IMG/VR virus record: IMGVR_UViG_3300005805_000001
Location: 1-64,000 of that record
Strand: one strand, 5' to 3'
DNA: 64,000 bases
Origin: a virus
Taxonomy: Duplodnaviria; Caudoviricetes
The notes under the pieces are model-generated. The model saw only the letters and a list, made by a program, of their open reading frames with translations, searched no databases and was not told the DNA's origin. The position numbers were made by a program, and so were the translations under genes. Below are positions 19,801-29,700 of the stretch, in pieces; the stretch's first letter is position 1; the number at the start of each line of letters is the position of its first letter.

Positions 19801-20897
19801 GTGAACTTAATAAAAAAATAAGAAAATCGGCAGGGGCATCTTCATTTGGTTATGCTGTTTATGAAAAACCAGTACAAGAGGTAATATTAAGTAGACCTGA
19901 TATGAAACCCATGACTCCCATAGGGTTTTCCCAATATGAACCTCAACTTCAACAATGGAAAGGACCTATACCACAAATGGTTTCAGGTATTGACGAAACC
20001 ATTATGATGCCTAGCGGCGTTGAAATATCCAAGAAGCAGTTCATAAAACAGTATGGAGAACCTGCATGGAATAGAGCCACTAATAAAAAAGCAGATGGGG
20101 GACCTACGGGTCCTGGAGATCCTACTCCTAAACCAAAACCCGAACCTACATCGTGGTTGGATTATATCAATCCAATGAACTGGGGAGTATCAAACCTTGA
20201 TGATGCAGGTACTTTTGAACAAGCGTTTGCAAAGGCTGATAAGGAAAACATGGATGAGTTCATGTGGTATGGTACAAGATATCCTGTTGTATATGCTGAA
20301 ACTCCTAATAAACAAGAAATGTCTTACCAAAAAGAGTATCCAATGACCTATGCACTTGCATCAGGTCTGCAAAAACTTGACAGGTACAAGGAATATAAGC
20401 CTGAAGAATTTATGGACATGCTTGGAATGATACGCCAGGTTGAAAGCAGGGATGCAAACATTGCACAATCAGGTGGAGGACCCGGACGGGGATATTACCA
20501 GTTTGAACCTACTTCAGCCAAGACAGCATATAAAAGGGCAAAAACACTTGCAAGCGAGTTAAAAGACCTTACCGGAGTAGAAGTAAAACTTCCCAAGAAA
20601 TTTGATGAGAATTTCATGAATCTTGACAAGGATACCCAAAGTTTTTATACATTGAGTAATCTTGTAAAAGCGGCTACTGCAAGAAGGGAAGTTGATCCTA
20701 ACTACAAGTTCAATCCCCGTGAAGCGGGAAATGCATGGTTTGATTTGCATTGGGCTGGAGAAAGTTCACATCCCGAAGATGTTCCTGTAAGGATAAAGCA
20801 CTGGAACACCACGCATCCCAAGAACCTTATCAACAGGGTAGCCAAAAACAAAAAGAAGGATGGGGGAACAATAGATGATTTCATCAACAACCTTTAA
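16833..20897 (+). CDS. Modular virion cargo/ejection protein with GG-delimited modules and a C-terminal lysozyme-like domain
   Basis: Seven x-x-(D/E/V)-G-G motifs. The C-terminal module has RQVESR...GPGRGYYQFEP (lysozyme/transglycosylase-like). It follows the muzzle gene. Confidence 0.65.
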   Translation: MNNWLDNYDDKEMAKKARKISKGTRIPRVPKSRLETEDRLGFPVDESDLPVPGVPVNFDILMNMHKFKVPNPDYYEQQPMMIAADGGPIGPEEEQKPGVARVMGVDKEGTPVLRPTTGYYLPEVEIFADAPDTYNNYIRNKYKDAGLGVTMFGMPLDYAFGFPQAAMTKAFTGKYQLPSEAMGIENPVVALLTDAALDPVNITGAGLLTKEKALAALTSSKESGMLSNAYKYNPWAFKPNPEAGYRMIGGKEGYLDAIVSGEIRPTGRYEHAHFNIGQPLNPNRLSPEELIQAGSPGGYKGPYMAEMKEGTWQRMSDAFPNNPEMQEQFRLLGKDKDVWQHPLLGHIKVDDPRLKLYKQDWLRGYKEVPKKEVGGYVTDEYKKVRSTVPRVSYTEPSNMYTGPTTQRGITFAEGGEVERPTGTYVESMCGPDHVEIKDEKGVPVECISPEEYERRLKPFNDAAQARLEEARKNDPNPSGNPKVSWNPAIDGPYPRIKRYNEPLESNFSSYCPDCSAAEKKAMRQYERSQRRLQTNQGRNMRRAERQNFFDNIGNINLRIPPLGIGAFFQNLWDACRPGERCFKFEDGGPTNPPDKTWELNPNTYDTPNRITFPLIGGIDWSTKGSQGAGGDRAMVLGYEREGFGSNLSPFVDLNAGIASAPSSYKYTTYDSGVGQSQAELPAGAGVFGKVGFKPSFSVGQSWIHPKTGKDKYKSSFFIEPSVYADINAGKILPKEQSEYSSVMNPAENPSMTMLERNDKLLDKPWYATVNPGASLDFSKTGRVGYMDSKGSLGLTYDQYGPGVKASVIGENFEGSLPYGVKFHAGYQPGDKGRGFYGGTEILIPIGESWNKVRRKKQTPTPLPGTVSTPRFEDGGPIKPFVTSNLSEYNKRKAAYADSLDLYNRFKNSKADYYNFIKSQGFDPSRIEEWTTDGYVNTDVHPKIGATSYGILTNSGGGYNRDAAGNPINYTTYPTISSTGIRSSRNVPDNSELNKKIRKSAGASSFGYAVYEKPVQEVILSRPDMKPMTPIGFSQYEPQLQQWKGPIPQMVSGIDETIMMPSGVEISKKQFIKQYGEPAWNRATNKKADGGPTGPGDPTPKPKPEPTSWLDYINPMNWGVSNLDDAGTFEQAFAKADKENMDEFMWYGTRYPVVYAETPNKQEMSYQKEYPMTYALASGLQKLDRYKEYKPEEFMDMLGMIRQVESRDANIAQSGGGPGRGYYQFEPTSAKTAYKRAKTLASELKDLTGVEVKLPKKFDENFMNLDKDTQSFYTLSNLVKAATARREVDPNYKFNPREAGNAWFDLHWAGESSHPEDVPVRIKHWNTTHPKNLINRVAKNKKKDGGTIDDFINNL

Positions 20898-20924
20898 TCA
20901 TAAAACATAACAATACAACATACA

Positions 20925-23900
20925 ATGACTAAAAAAGAAATTTTGAAGATGACCGGACTTTCAGAGTCTGACTTCTATAAGAAATACCCTACACAGGAAT
21001 CCTTCATGATGGAATATGGCGGAAAGATTGCAGGATATGAATCTGGAGGCAAGGTAAGTTACTCGGCTAAGGATGCCGCAGCAGGTAAGGATATTGGAAA
21101 ACCCGGTAAGAACTTCAGCAAGATAGCCGCTGAAGCGGGTGAAAGATATGGATCTAAGGAAGCAGGACAAAGAGTCGCTGGTGCAATACTTGCCAAGCTT
21201 CGTGGTAAACGCAAAGATGGTGGTAAAATAACACCTGATGAATTTGTAAAAAAATATTACGGTGAAAAATATCAAAGCGATAAGGATCCTAAAACAGGTG
21301 AAGATTTAAAAGGTTATGATTATTGGAGGAACCGTATACTTTCAGAAGTTGATTTGCCTTTAAATGAAGATGGTGATATTATGTTTGAATCTGTTTCAGA
21401 CATATTGAAAAGAATGGAATCGGCCAATCCACAAGGTAAAGGGTTTTTACAGGTTCCAATAAACCAAACCGTTGTTAAAGAATTAATGGAGGAACAAAGT
21501 GATCTGTATGATACACCGGAAAATGTAAACTATAACCTTGTCAAGGAGAATGTAAAACTGAATGCAGTTAAAAACCCTGCCAATCCGGTACGTCCTTTTG
21601 GTTGGGGATACGACGAGGGTTCTATGGATGGCGGATATAAAAAAGGTGGAAGCATTACTCCCACTCCGACAGGAGATATATTCGACATGATGGGCATGTC
21701 TTATCTTAATGCTTATGGGAACGGATCATATACAAGAGGCAACAATCCGACTCCTTATCTTTCATTGACATCTACACAAATGCCTTATAGTCAATCTTTT
21801 GTAGAAGGTCTTCCTCTTGGAAGTGACGTATCAAACCTGACAACTGGAAGATACGGCATACAAGGCGGTATGCCATTAGGCGCAGGAAAAGGTGTTTACC
21901 TTACAGGTGAGGCTGGCGTTGAAAGAGGATTGTCCCGTGACGTAGCTACAAAGACTGTCAATCCTTATGGACAGGTAAGTAATTTTTCAATGACTCCTTG
22001 GGAAGAGACAAACAAACCTTATGGATCATTGGGCCTTAATTTTCAAAATCCTGAGAAGCAATATTACAAAGGACTTACAGGAAATCAAAGTAGTGCAGGA
22101 TTTGGAGTATCATATGGTAATGATATGATATCACCTTATGCTGATGTCAACCCACGACTTGCAGTAAACTTTGGTAGTCCTAGAAGAGGTAACCAACCAT
22201 TGACTGCTGCTGTAGGGGTTGATGCAAGATTACGTCCTTTTTATGAAAAGAAGTATGAAGAGAATTCCTGGAATGAAGCAAACAGTGGTGCAAGTTATGC
22301 CACACCGTATTTAGGCGCAAGTGGAAGACTTGGAGGTGGACTTGAGGTTGGTGCAAAAGGTGGGTATAACCTGATGACTGACAAACCCCAATATGGTATC
22401 TCGGTTACTAAGAAATTTCAGCAAGGTGGAGACATAGATGTCAAAGCGCCTTTGTATGATGAGACTGAACTTAATACTAACATTAACACAAACCTTTATG
22501 CATCAGGTAGTTACACACCAATGTATGCTGGAGGTAGTTATATTCCAATGTATGGTTTTGGTAACTGGGTTAAAGATGTAGGTAAACTTACATTAAATAA
22601 CCTTGCAGCTCCTTTGGAACATGTTTCTGGAAACAACTTTGTAAACTTTGATTATGACAATAAAGCCATGGCGGATGCCGCTGCAGTCAGTGAAGGATTG
22701 AGTGGCGCAGCTACGGATATAGTAGGTACTACTTTTTTAGGACCTGCATATGGAATGGCAAAAGGACAAGTTCAAGGTGTTACCAGAAATCTAGGAAGTA
22801 GTTCTGAAGAACAAAAAGGTGCAAGTAAGGCAGCAAATCAAATTGGACAGATTGCAGGAAGTACCGGAGATCTTATTTCAGGGATTTCTTCAGGTAATGT
22901 TCAACAGATTGTAGGAGGAGCTGGTAATGTTTTAGGCACAACAGGGCAACAACTTGGTTCTCAAGAACTTGGAGCTGTTGGACAGTTAACAGGTACAGCT
23001 TCCCAGTTTGTAGGTAGTGGAAAATCAACACCTTCTACAACAGGAATGGGGCCAATGGGAGACATGGTTTCTCCACAAAATGCTATGGGATTCTTTGCAA
23101 AAAATGGAGGTAATGTACCTGCATATATGCAAAATATGCGTAAATTCGCGCAAGGCGGTATGACCGTGGGTAACGTAGAAGGTAAGGAACTTTTGATTGA
23201 TCCTTACAAACTTGAAGCAGGAGGAGTACCCAAAATACTTGCGGATTATACGAATATTCCCCGACATCCTTCCGACGGTTCAATTGATGAACGTGGAACT
23301 GTCCCATTGCCTGTAAATAAATATGTTATTACCAATGCAATGCGTGAAAAATTTAAGAAATCTAAACAATCAAATGATGGATTATGGTCTTCAGCAATCA
23401 TGAATAAAATTGATTTTGACAAGAATAAAAAGGAACAGCAGGAAATGCAAAAGGCATCCAATGCTTATGGAAGGTTCATGGCAAAATACGGAGGCACCAT
23501 TGAAAAAATGTATGCCTGTGGTGGCAAGACTTATGGATGTGGAGGCATGACAAAATATGATGATGGAGGAGGAACTCCGTCATATCCATTGAACATGACA
23601 GGTCCAAGGGATATCCTTCCACTTATGTTTACAGATCCATATGTAGTTCCGGTAAATAACAACATCGGACTTACTTCTTCTATGATCGGCAGTTCATTGC
23701 CCCAAGGAGGATTGCAGTTATCCTTACCTTCATCAGGTGCTCCTGCCCTTCCAGCTGATTGGAACAGTGGAATGCGTTCAGGCGTATTAACCGAACCACG
23801 TTTAAACACTCCGGCAATGGGAAGTTCATTACCTCAGGGTTGGCAGTTACAAAACCCTTCTGCAGATGACGGTTGGAAATTGGATGCCAATCTTTCTCCT

Positions 23901-24614
23901 GCACGTGTTGATTTATTTGATGGACCTATGACCCTTATGGAACCTTTAGGACCTACAGGTAGCCAAGCACCAAGAGGACCTGTTGGAGACAGTGCTCGAA
24001 AAACCGAAATGGTATCAAGAAGGGATCCCAGTGATTATCTTGGACAACAATATGGAATGAACCCCAGTGTGCTTGGACAGATAGCCCCAATGCTTCCGGC
24101 CCTTGGATTGGGTTTGGAAGCCGCATTGTCAAAACCTTATCAGGTAAAGGCAAGTGACTACATGGTAAATGAGCGTTTAAAACCTGAAAAGATCAGTCCT
24201 AATTACCGTCCGATATATGAAGCTGAAAACCGGGCTGCTTATGACATTGCACAAATGGCTCCAGGTTCAGGAGGATATCTTGCAGGGCGCACTGCCTTGA
24301 ATGCAAATACAAAAAAGGTAATAGCTGATTATAAAAAAGCGTTGGAAGATGAATATGTAAAACAAAAACTTGGTGCTGACCAGTTTAACATTACCAAGGA
24401 TTTGCAGAATGCGCAAACCAAGTTGGCCGTTGATCAGTTCAACGAACAAAACAGGGCGGCACGTCGTAACGCAATGCGTGAACAGTTTGGTAAGAATCTT
24501 CCTGCAGCGTTCTTTAACCAGCAATACAACAACATGGGAATGCAGGCAATTCAAGCCCAATATCCTAACCAGCAATTCAACTGGGGTATCTTTGGAAAGT
24601 CAAAACCTGTTTAA
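20925..24614 (+). CDS. Virion cargo/ejection protein (crAss001 gp45-like) with repeated xxxGG motifs
   Basis: At least ten YxxGG/FxxGG/KxGG motifs, a Gly/Ala-rich membrane-like segment, a VEGKELL motif and a helical C-terminus. Confidence 0.65.
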   Translation: MTKKEILKMTGLSESDFYKKYPTQESFMMEYGGKIAGYESGGKVSYSAKDAAAGKDIGKPGKNFSKIAAEAGERYGSKEAGQRVAGAILAKLRGKRKDGGKITPDEFVKKYYGEKYQSDKDPKTGEDLKGYDYWRNRILSEVDLPLNEDGDIMFESVSDILKRMESANPQGKGFLQVPINQTVVKELMEEQSDLYDTPENVNYNLVKENVKLNAVKNPANPVRPFGWGYDEGSMDGGYKKGGSITPTPTGDIFDMMGMSYLNAYGNGSYTRGNNPTPYLSLTSTQMPYSQSFVEGLPLGSDVSNLTTGRYGIQGGMPLGAGKGVYLTGEAGVERGLSRDVATKTVNPYGQVSNFSMTPWEETNKPYGSLGLNFQNPEKQYYKGLTGNQSSAGFGVSYGNDMISPYADVNPRLAVNFGSPRRGNQPLTAAVGVDARLRPFYEKKYEENSWNEANSGASYATPYLGASGRLGGGLEVGAKGGYNLMTDKPQYGISVTKKFQQGGDIDVKAPLYDETELNTNINTNLYASGSYTPMYAGGSYIPMYGFGNWVKDVGKLTLNNLAAPLEHVSGNNFVNFDYDNKAMADAAAVSEGLSGAATDIVGTTFLGPAYGMAKGQVQGVTRNLGSSSEEQKGASKAANQIGQIAGSTGDLISGISSGNVQQIVGGAGNVLGTTGQQLGSQELGAVGQLTGTASQFVGSGKSTPSTTGMGPMGDMVSPQNAMGFFAKNGGNVPAYMQNMRKFAQGGMTVGNVEGKELLIDPYKLEAGGVPKILADYTNIPRHPSDGSIDERGTVPLPVNKYVITNAMREKFKKSKQSNDGLWSSAIMNKIDFDKNKKEQQEMQKASNAYGRFMAKYGGTIEKMYACGGKTYGCGGMTKYDDGGGTPSYPLNMTGPRDILPLMFTDPYVVPVNNNIGLTSSMIGSSLPQGGLQLSLPSSGAPALPADWNSGMRSGVLTEPRLNTPAMGSSLPQGWQLQNPSADDGWKLDANLSPARVDLFDGPMTLMEPLGPTGSQAPRGPVGDSARKTEMVSRRDPSDYLGQQYGMNPSVLGQIAPMLPALGLGLEAALSKPYQVKASDYMVNERLKPEKISPNYRPIYEAENRAAYDIAQMAPGSGGYLAGRTALNANTKKVIADYKKALEDEYVKQKLGADQFNITKDLQNAQTKLAVDQFNEQNRAARRNAMREQFGKNLPAAFFNQQYNNMGMQAIQAQYPNQQFNWGIFGKSKPV

Positions 24615-24633
24615 TACGATAAAGACATAACAC

Positions 24634-26727
24634 ATGGCATATTCTATTTGGGACAAACAACCTGAACTGGCATTACCGAAACTGCCTTTTGAACTGGTAC
24701 TCTCGCTTGCCGAGATGACCCGTAAGAAACAGGAGGAAGCCGATACAACCGTAGACAAGATCAATGAATCCATGTTAAGCATTCCCGCCATCCCAGTGGA
24801 TGTGCCGGGAAGGGACAAAAGGATAACTGAACTTCAACAACAGATATACGACATCAGTGACATGTATTCCAATAACATGGCTCAGGCATTACCTGCCTTG
24901 AAGTCATTACAAAGGGAACTTAACAAGGAAATGAGTATCGGATATCTAAGTGGAGTAAAAAAACGTCATACAGACATGGTCAAGAGTTTTGAAAACCTTG
25001 ACCTGATGCAGAACGAATATATCAAAACAGGAGGCAAGCAAGGCATGTCTCCTGAGGACGTACAGGCTGTAAAAACCCGTGAACTTACCGATCCGAATTA
25101 CAATGGTGCTCCAATACAACGCACTCCAAGTGGAGCATGGCAGTCTTATAACCAATATGAAAGGTTAAACACCTATAACTATTCTGACAAGGCAAATGAA
25201 CTTGGCAAATGGCTAGGGGAACATCCTGAGAAAGTAACTCAACTTACAGGACTTTCATATTCTTCAAAAACAGGTTATTATGAACATGGTGATGTAACCA
25301 GGACGGTAATGACAGCTGAGGCCATTCAAAGGGCTTTGAAAACCTACTTTAGGAATGACCCCGAAGTTACAAAGTATGTTGACTGGCAGGCAGGAGTTTC
25401 AGGTAAACATGATGCTGCACGCAAATTACTTGCAGAAGGAGCGCAAAAAGGTTATATCCCTTCCTATGATGCGGCAGGTAACGAGATATCGGCTTATAAT
25501 CCCGATACATGGATTAATCAGGTTTATACCCCTAGCTTGTATACAAAAGCTGATCAAGCCGCTGATGCGGTTGCCGCAGTATATCAAAGGAATGAGATTG
25601 ACAGGAACAGGTCTTATGTATGGAATCAACTTGCAGAAGAAGGACGAAAGAGGGAAGAACAAATGGGTTATGCAATAGTAGGCCAGGCGCCTATGACTGC
25701 AGTTCCCGGAACTACTTTGGATCCTTCCATATTTGATCCTAATGCAGGTGTGAAAACAGGCAAATATTTGTTTACCAGTAATCCTAGGACAGGAGAAGCC
25801 AGGTATCTTGATCCACAAGGAAACACAATTACAAGGGAACAGTATGACAAGGCAATGGCTGCTCAAAAGGGAAATGTATCTTATATTGATTTAAAGGATC
25901 TTTCAGCGGCACAACAACAAAAAGTTTCATCGTATCTGCGTACCTTGTCAAAGAGTACTGACATGGGTGAAGCGGCAAAACGGATTATGGATGGAAAAGG
26001 TACGGATGCTGATAAGAAACTTGTATATCCTGCCTTGAAAAAAATGTCAGAGGCAGCCGTAGGAACCAATCAAATGAATTCCACGTTTACAACCATAAAC
26101 GATAAACTTGAAATACCTTTGGTAAACCAGATGTTAAGCGGACGTACTGATGAAGTCATATCCGTACAACAACTGGGCGCAGGACTTGCAGGTGACATGA
26201 AGGTGCGTTTACCTGATGGTCAATCCGTACCCTATAAGGATTTTGTCACTTACATAAAGAATAATGCCAAACCTGAATCACTTGTTTCAATCCCGGCCAA
26301 ACTTCGTGGTGTAAATGCATTAACCAATGCTACAGGAGACTTGTCGTTTGGAAATGCCTATCAAATGGTAATTGAAGGTGTTCCTTATTATCTGCATGGT
26401 GATTACCAGTTTACCACTGATAGTCCCAAAGGCAAGGCCAAGCAGGCTGAAAAAGTCACAAATGAATATACGGCAATGTTCGGTCAGGCACAAGCCACTC
26501 CTAGAGGTACTTCTACCGGTAATTATTTTGGAATACCCGTTGAATGGGTATACATGCCTGATGCAGGTGATCCAAACAAAGGGACATATAACCTTACAGG
26601 ATTTGGAACGGATGCACAGGGTAACATCATGCCTGTGACACCCGGGGTGGGAACCCAGTATTCTTCTGCTGAAGAAATGGAAAGGGTTTTAAGAATACAG
26701 TTAAGTAACACATTAAACGGTAAATAA
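24634..26727 (+). CDS. Virion cargo protein of the RNA polymerase gene block
   Basis: 697 aa with a coiled-coil N-terminus (LPKLPFELV...), directly upstream of the giant RNAP gene as in crAss-like phages. Confidence 0.6.
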   Translation: MAYSIWDKQPELALPKLPFELVLSLAEMTRKKQEEADTTVDKINESMLSIPAIPVDVPGRDKRITELQQQIYDISDMYSNNMAQALPALKSLQRELNKEMSIGYLSGVKKRHTDMVKSFENLDLMQNEYIKTGGKQGMSPEDVQAVKTRELTDPNYNGAPIQRTPSGAWQSYNQYERLNTYNYSDKANELGKWLGEHPEKVTQLTGLSYSSKTGYYEHGDVTRTVMTAEAIQRALKTYFRNDPEVTKYVDWQAGVSGKHDAARKLLAEGAQKGYIPSYDAAGNEISAYNPDTWINQVYTPSLYTKADQAADAVAAVYQRNEIDRNRSYVWNQLAEEGRKREEQMGYAIVGQAPMTAVPGTTLDPSIFDPNAGVKTGKYLFTSNPRTGEARYLDPQGNTITREQYDKAMAAQKGNVSYIDLKDLSAAQQQKVSSYLRTLSKSTDMGEAAKRIMDGKGTDADKKLVYPALKKMSEAAVGTNQMNSTFTTINDKLEIPLVNQMLSGRTDEVISVQQLGAGLAGDMKVRLPDGQSVPYKDFVTYIKNNAKPESLVSIPAKLRGVNALTNATGDLSFGNAYQMVIEGVPYYLHGDYQFTTDSPKGKAKQAEKVTNEYTAMFGQAQATPRGTSTGNYFGIPVEWVYMPDAGDPNKGTYNLTGFGTDAQGNIMPVTPGVGTQYSSAEEMERVLRIQLSNTLNGK

Positions 26728-26731
26728 AGAA

Positions 26732-29700
26732 ATGGCGGATAGCAAACCTATTAACCCCGGAATAAGTTTTCAGGATTATGTACGATATACTGATCTTCGA
26801 AGGGACATTATTGCAGATCCTGTAAAAATAAAAGCTGAAAGTTCACAGTATGATGCGGGGTTCATATTACCCCAAGTCAACCCTGAACAGGCTTTAATGG
26901 ACCATCGTGCAAATGCACAACCCTGGGAAGACAAACTGGGTAATGGGTTGATGAACATGACTTCAAGCGCATTCACAGGTGCGCTTGAAAGTACCCTAGG
27001 ACTTGTATATGGCGCAGGTGCGGCCCTTGCTTCAGGGGATGCTTCCAAATTCTATAACAACGAGTTTGGAAAAAGCATTGATGCATTTACCGAAGCGACA
27101 CGTGAAAAATATCCGTTTTATTATTCAAAGGCGGAAGAGGATGCTTCTTTGCTAAGTTCACTTGGTACCGCTAATTTCTGGTATGACAAGGTTCTTGGAG
27201 GTGCGGGATATACGATAGGTTCAATGGTGACAGGTATGGGTGCAGCCCGTGCATTCAACATTGGTAAGAACGCACGTCTTGCACAATTAAGTGCAGAGGC
27301 TTCCGCGGCTGAGACTGCAGGAAACCTTACGGCTGAGGCTGCAAAGTTTGCACGTTGGGACATGGGTAAGCAAGCTGCGCTTGGATTTACCATAGCGCAC
27401 GGCGAGTCATCCATGGAAGCCCGTCAGACATACGAAGAGACTAAACAGAATTATGAGAAGTTGCGCAGTCTTGCACAGATGGATCCTTCCAATCCGGAGT
27501 ATGCCGACTACCTTAATCTTTCAGACGAAAAGATAGAACAACTCGCATCTGATGCGGCTGATACCAATTATCTCATGAACCTTGCAGTCACAGGTCCTAC
27601 CAACATGATGTTGCTTGGCAAATGGATCAATCCCGGTAAACAGGCTGCAATAAGGACATACAATGAGATAGGCAAAAGGACTGCAGTGGACGGTGCTACC
27701 CAGTATTTTGACAAGGTCGTCACCCAGAAGGGCCGCGCCTTGCTTAATGTCGGAAGCAAGTTCATGAAGGGTTTTACCTTGGAAGGTTCACAGGAAGGAC
27801 TGCAGTTCGCATCCAACAAAGCGGCTCAGGAATTTGTAGAGCTACATGGTTTACAGGGACAGGACTGGTTTACTTCATTGACTACCGGTCTTGCGGAAGG
27901 ATTGGGTGAAACACTTTCCACAAAGGAAGGTCTTGAAGCAATCCTTGTCGGAGGACTTGTCGGGGGACCTTTCGGTATGAGGGGAGCAGGTGCTGAACGC
28001 ACTGCAAAGGATGCAAGGACCAAGATACTTGTGGACAAGTTGAACTCCGATCCTACGTTTGTACAAGCCAATCCACTTGTACAGAAGATGCTTGCATCGA
28101 CCAATTCTGCAAACAATGCAGAAACATATTTGAAAAACGGTGACTTGTTCAATGCAAAAAACGCGGCTGACCAGTCACTAAACACATATATCAAAGGACA
28201 GATTGACGCAGGTACCACGGATTACTTTGTGGAACGACTTGAGTCAATCAAACAAATGGATCAGACGGAACGCGACAAGTTCTTTGGTCCGGGCACAACT
28301 CCTGCACAGGTTGACCAGGTGATAGACAAGGTCAGGAAACTTGAAGGTTTGTACAATTCCATTGAGACATTGTATGGAACTCCCGGTGGAACACCTGAAC
28401 AAAAACAAAGAAACACAATGTTGCGTGAAATGCTTTTCTTTTCTGCAAGCACCATCAAGGATGTTGAAGGACGGATGAGTAACATAGTGAAGGAACTTAC
28501 TGCAATGGCTAATCCCCAGGTTGCTGCAATTATTGCGGCACGTGAGATAGCGATCAATATGCAGAAAACCATTACACCTGAATCCGTACCGGCAGGAAAA
28601 GACTTTGAACAGTATCTTGCTGAAATGGAAGACCAGGCGGTAAAAGGATACAATGCCCTTCTTACACAGTTTATAAAAGACAATCCTGTTGAAGCTTCGC
28701 AAACCACACAACTTTTTGCCGACCTTAACCAATTGGATAAACGCAAACAGGAATTCATAAAGTATTACAATGAACTCAATGATCCTGAGAAAGCCGAAGC
28801 ATTGCTGAAGAAGACGCAGGAAACACTTGAGAAGACCGGTGAAAGGCTTCAAATGGAAGCTGAAAGGGAAAAGGAAAAAAAGACCCAGGGAAGAACGGTT
28901 CTTCAGGATGTGGACACTTTCCTGCCTTTGAACCCAGACAGGAAAAACGAGGTTACAAACAAAGGACAGGTTCTTGACATATCCAAGCTTTCAAACATAC
29001 AGCTTGATGAAATGCAGAAGAACCTTCAACAGGAAGAAACACAGGGTACACAGGTTTTACCTGAACTGAAGGCCGCAATTGCAAAAGAGATAGAGTTCAG
29101 GACAACCACGGATCAAATACGTTTAGGTATAAAGGAAAGGCTTCTTGGAGCTGTTACACCTGAACAGGTTGACGACATAATTTCCCAGATAGCCAATGAC
29201 GGTTCATTCAATGTGAATGCCCAGGAGATTGAGAAACTCAAGAAAAACCTGACAGAAGCCAATGAAGCCCGTATTGCACAAGAGGCCATTGCTGAAAACA
29301 TGAAGAACAACTTCAAGGGTGTCAATGAGTTCTTTCATGTGTTTACCACTTCCGAAGAGGAAAAAAGACTTGTGGCACAGGTTACCTCAGACCCTGAACT
29401 CAAGAACAAAGTCTACTTCAAACTTTCCACCAATCCCAATCCAGGGACCATAAGTAACATAGGAAAGGCGGAAACAAACACCCTTAATCCGCGTCTGAAG
29501 AAGCAATCACCTAACATACTGATAGAGGTATGGACAACCTTGCCTGACAATACGCAGGCAAGGATTGGAATGATGCCATGGTTCGGACAATATGTAAACA
29601 ATGTAGGTAATCCGATAGACATACAGAACCTTACATTTGATGAATATGTAAACCTTTTCCTTCCCGGACTTGATAAGCAAAAAGCAGCGGAGTTCATTGC

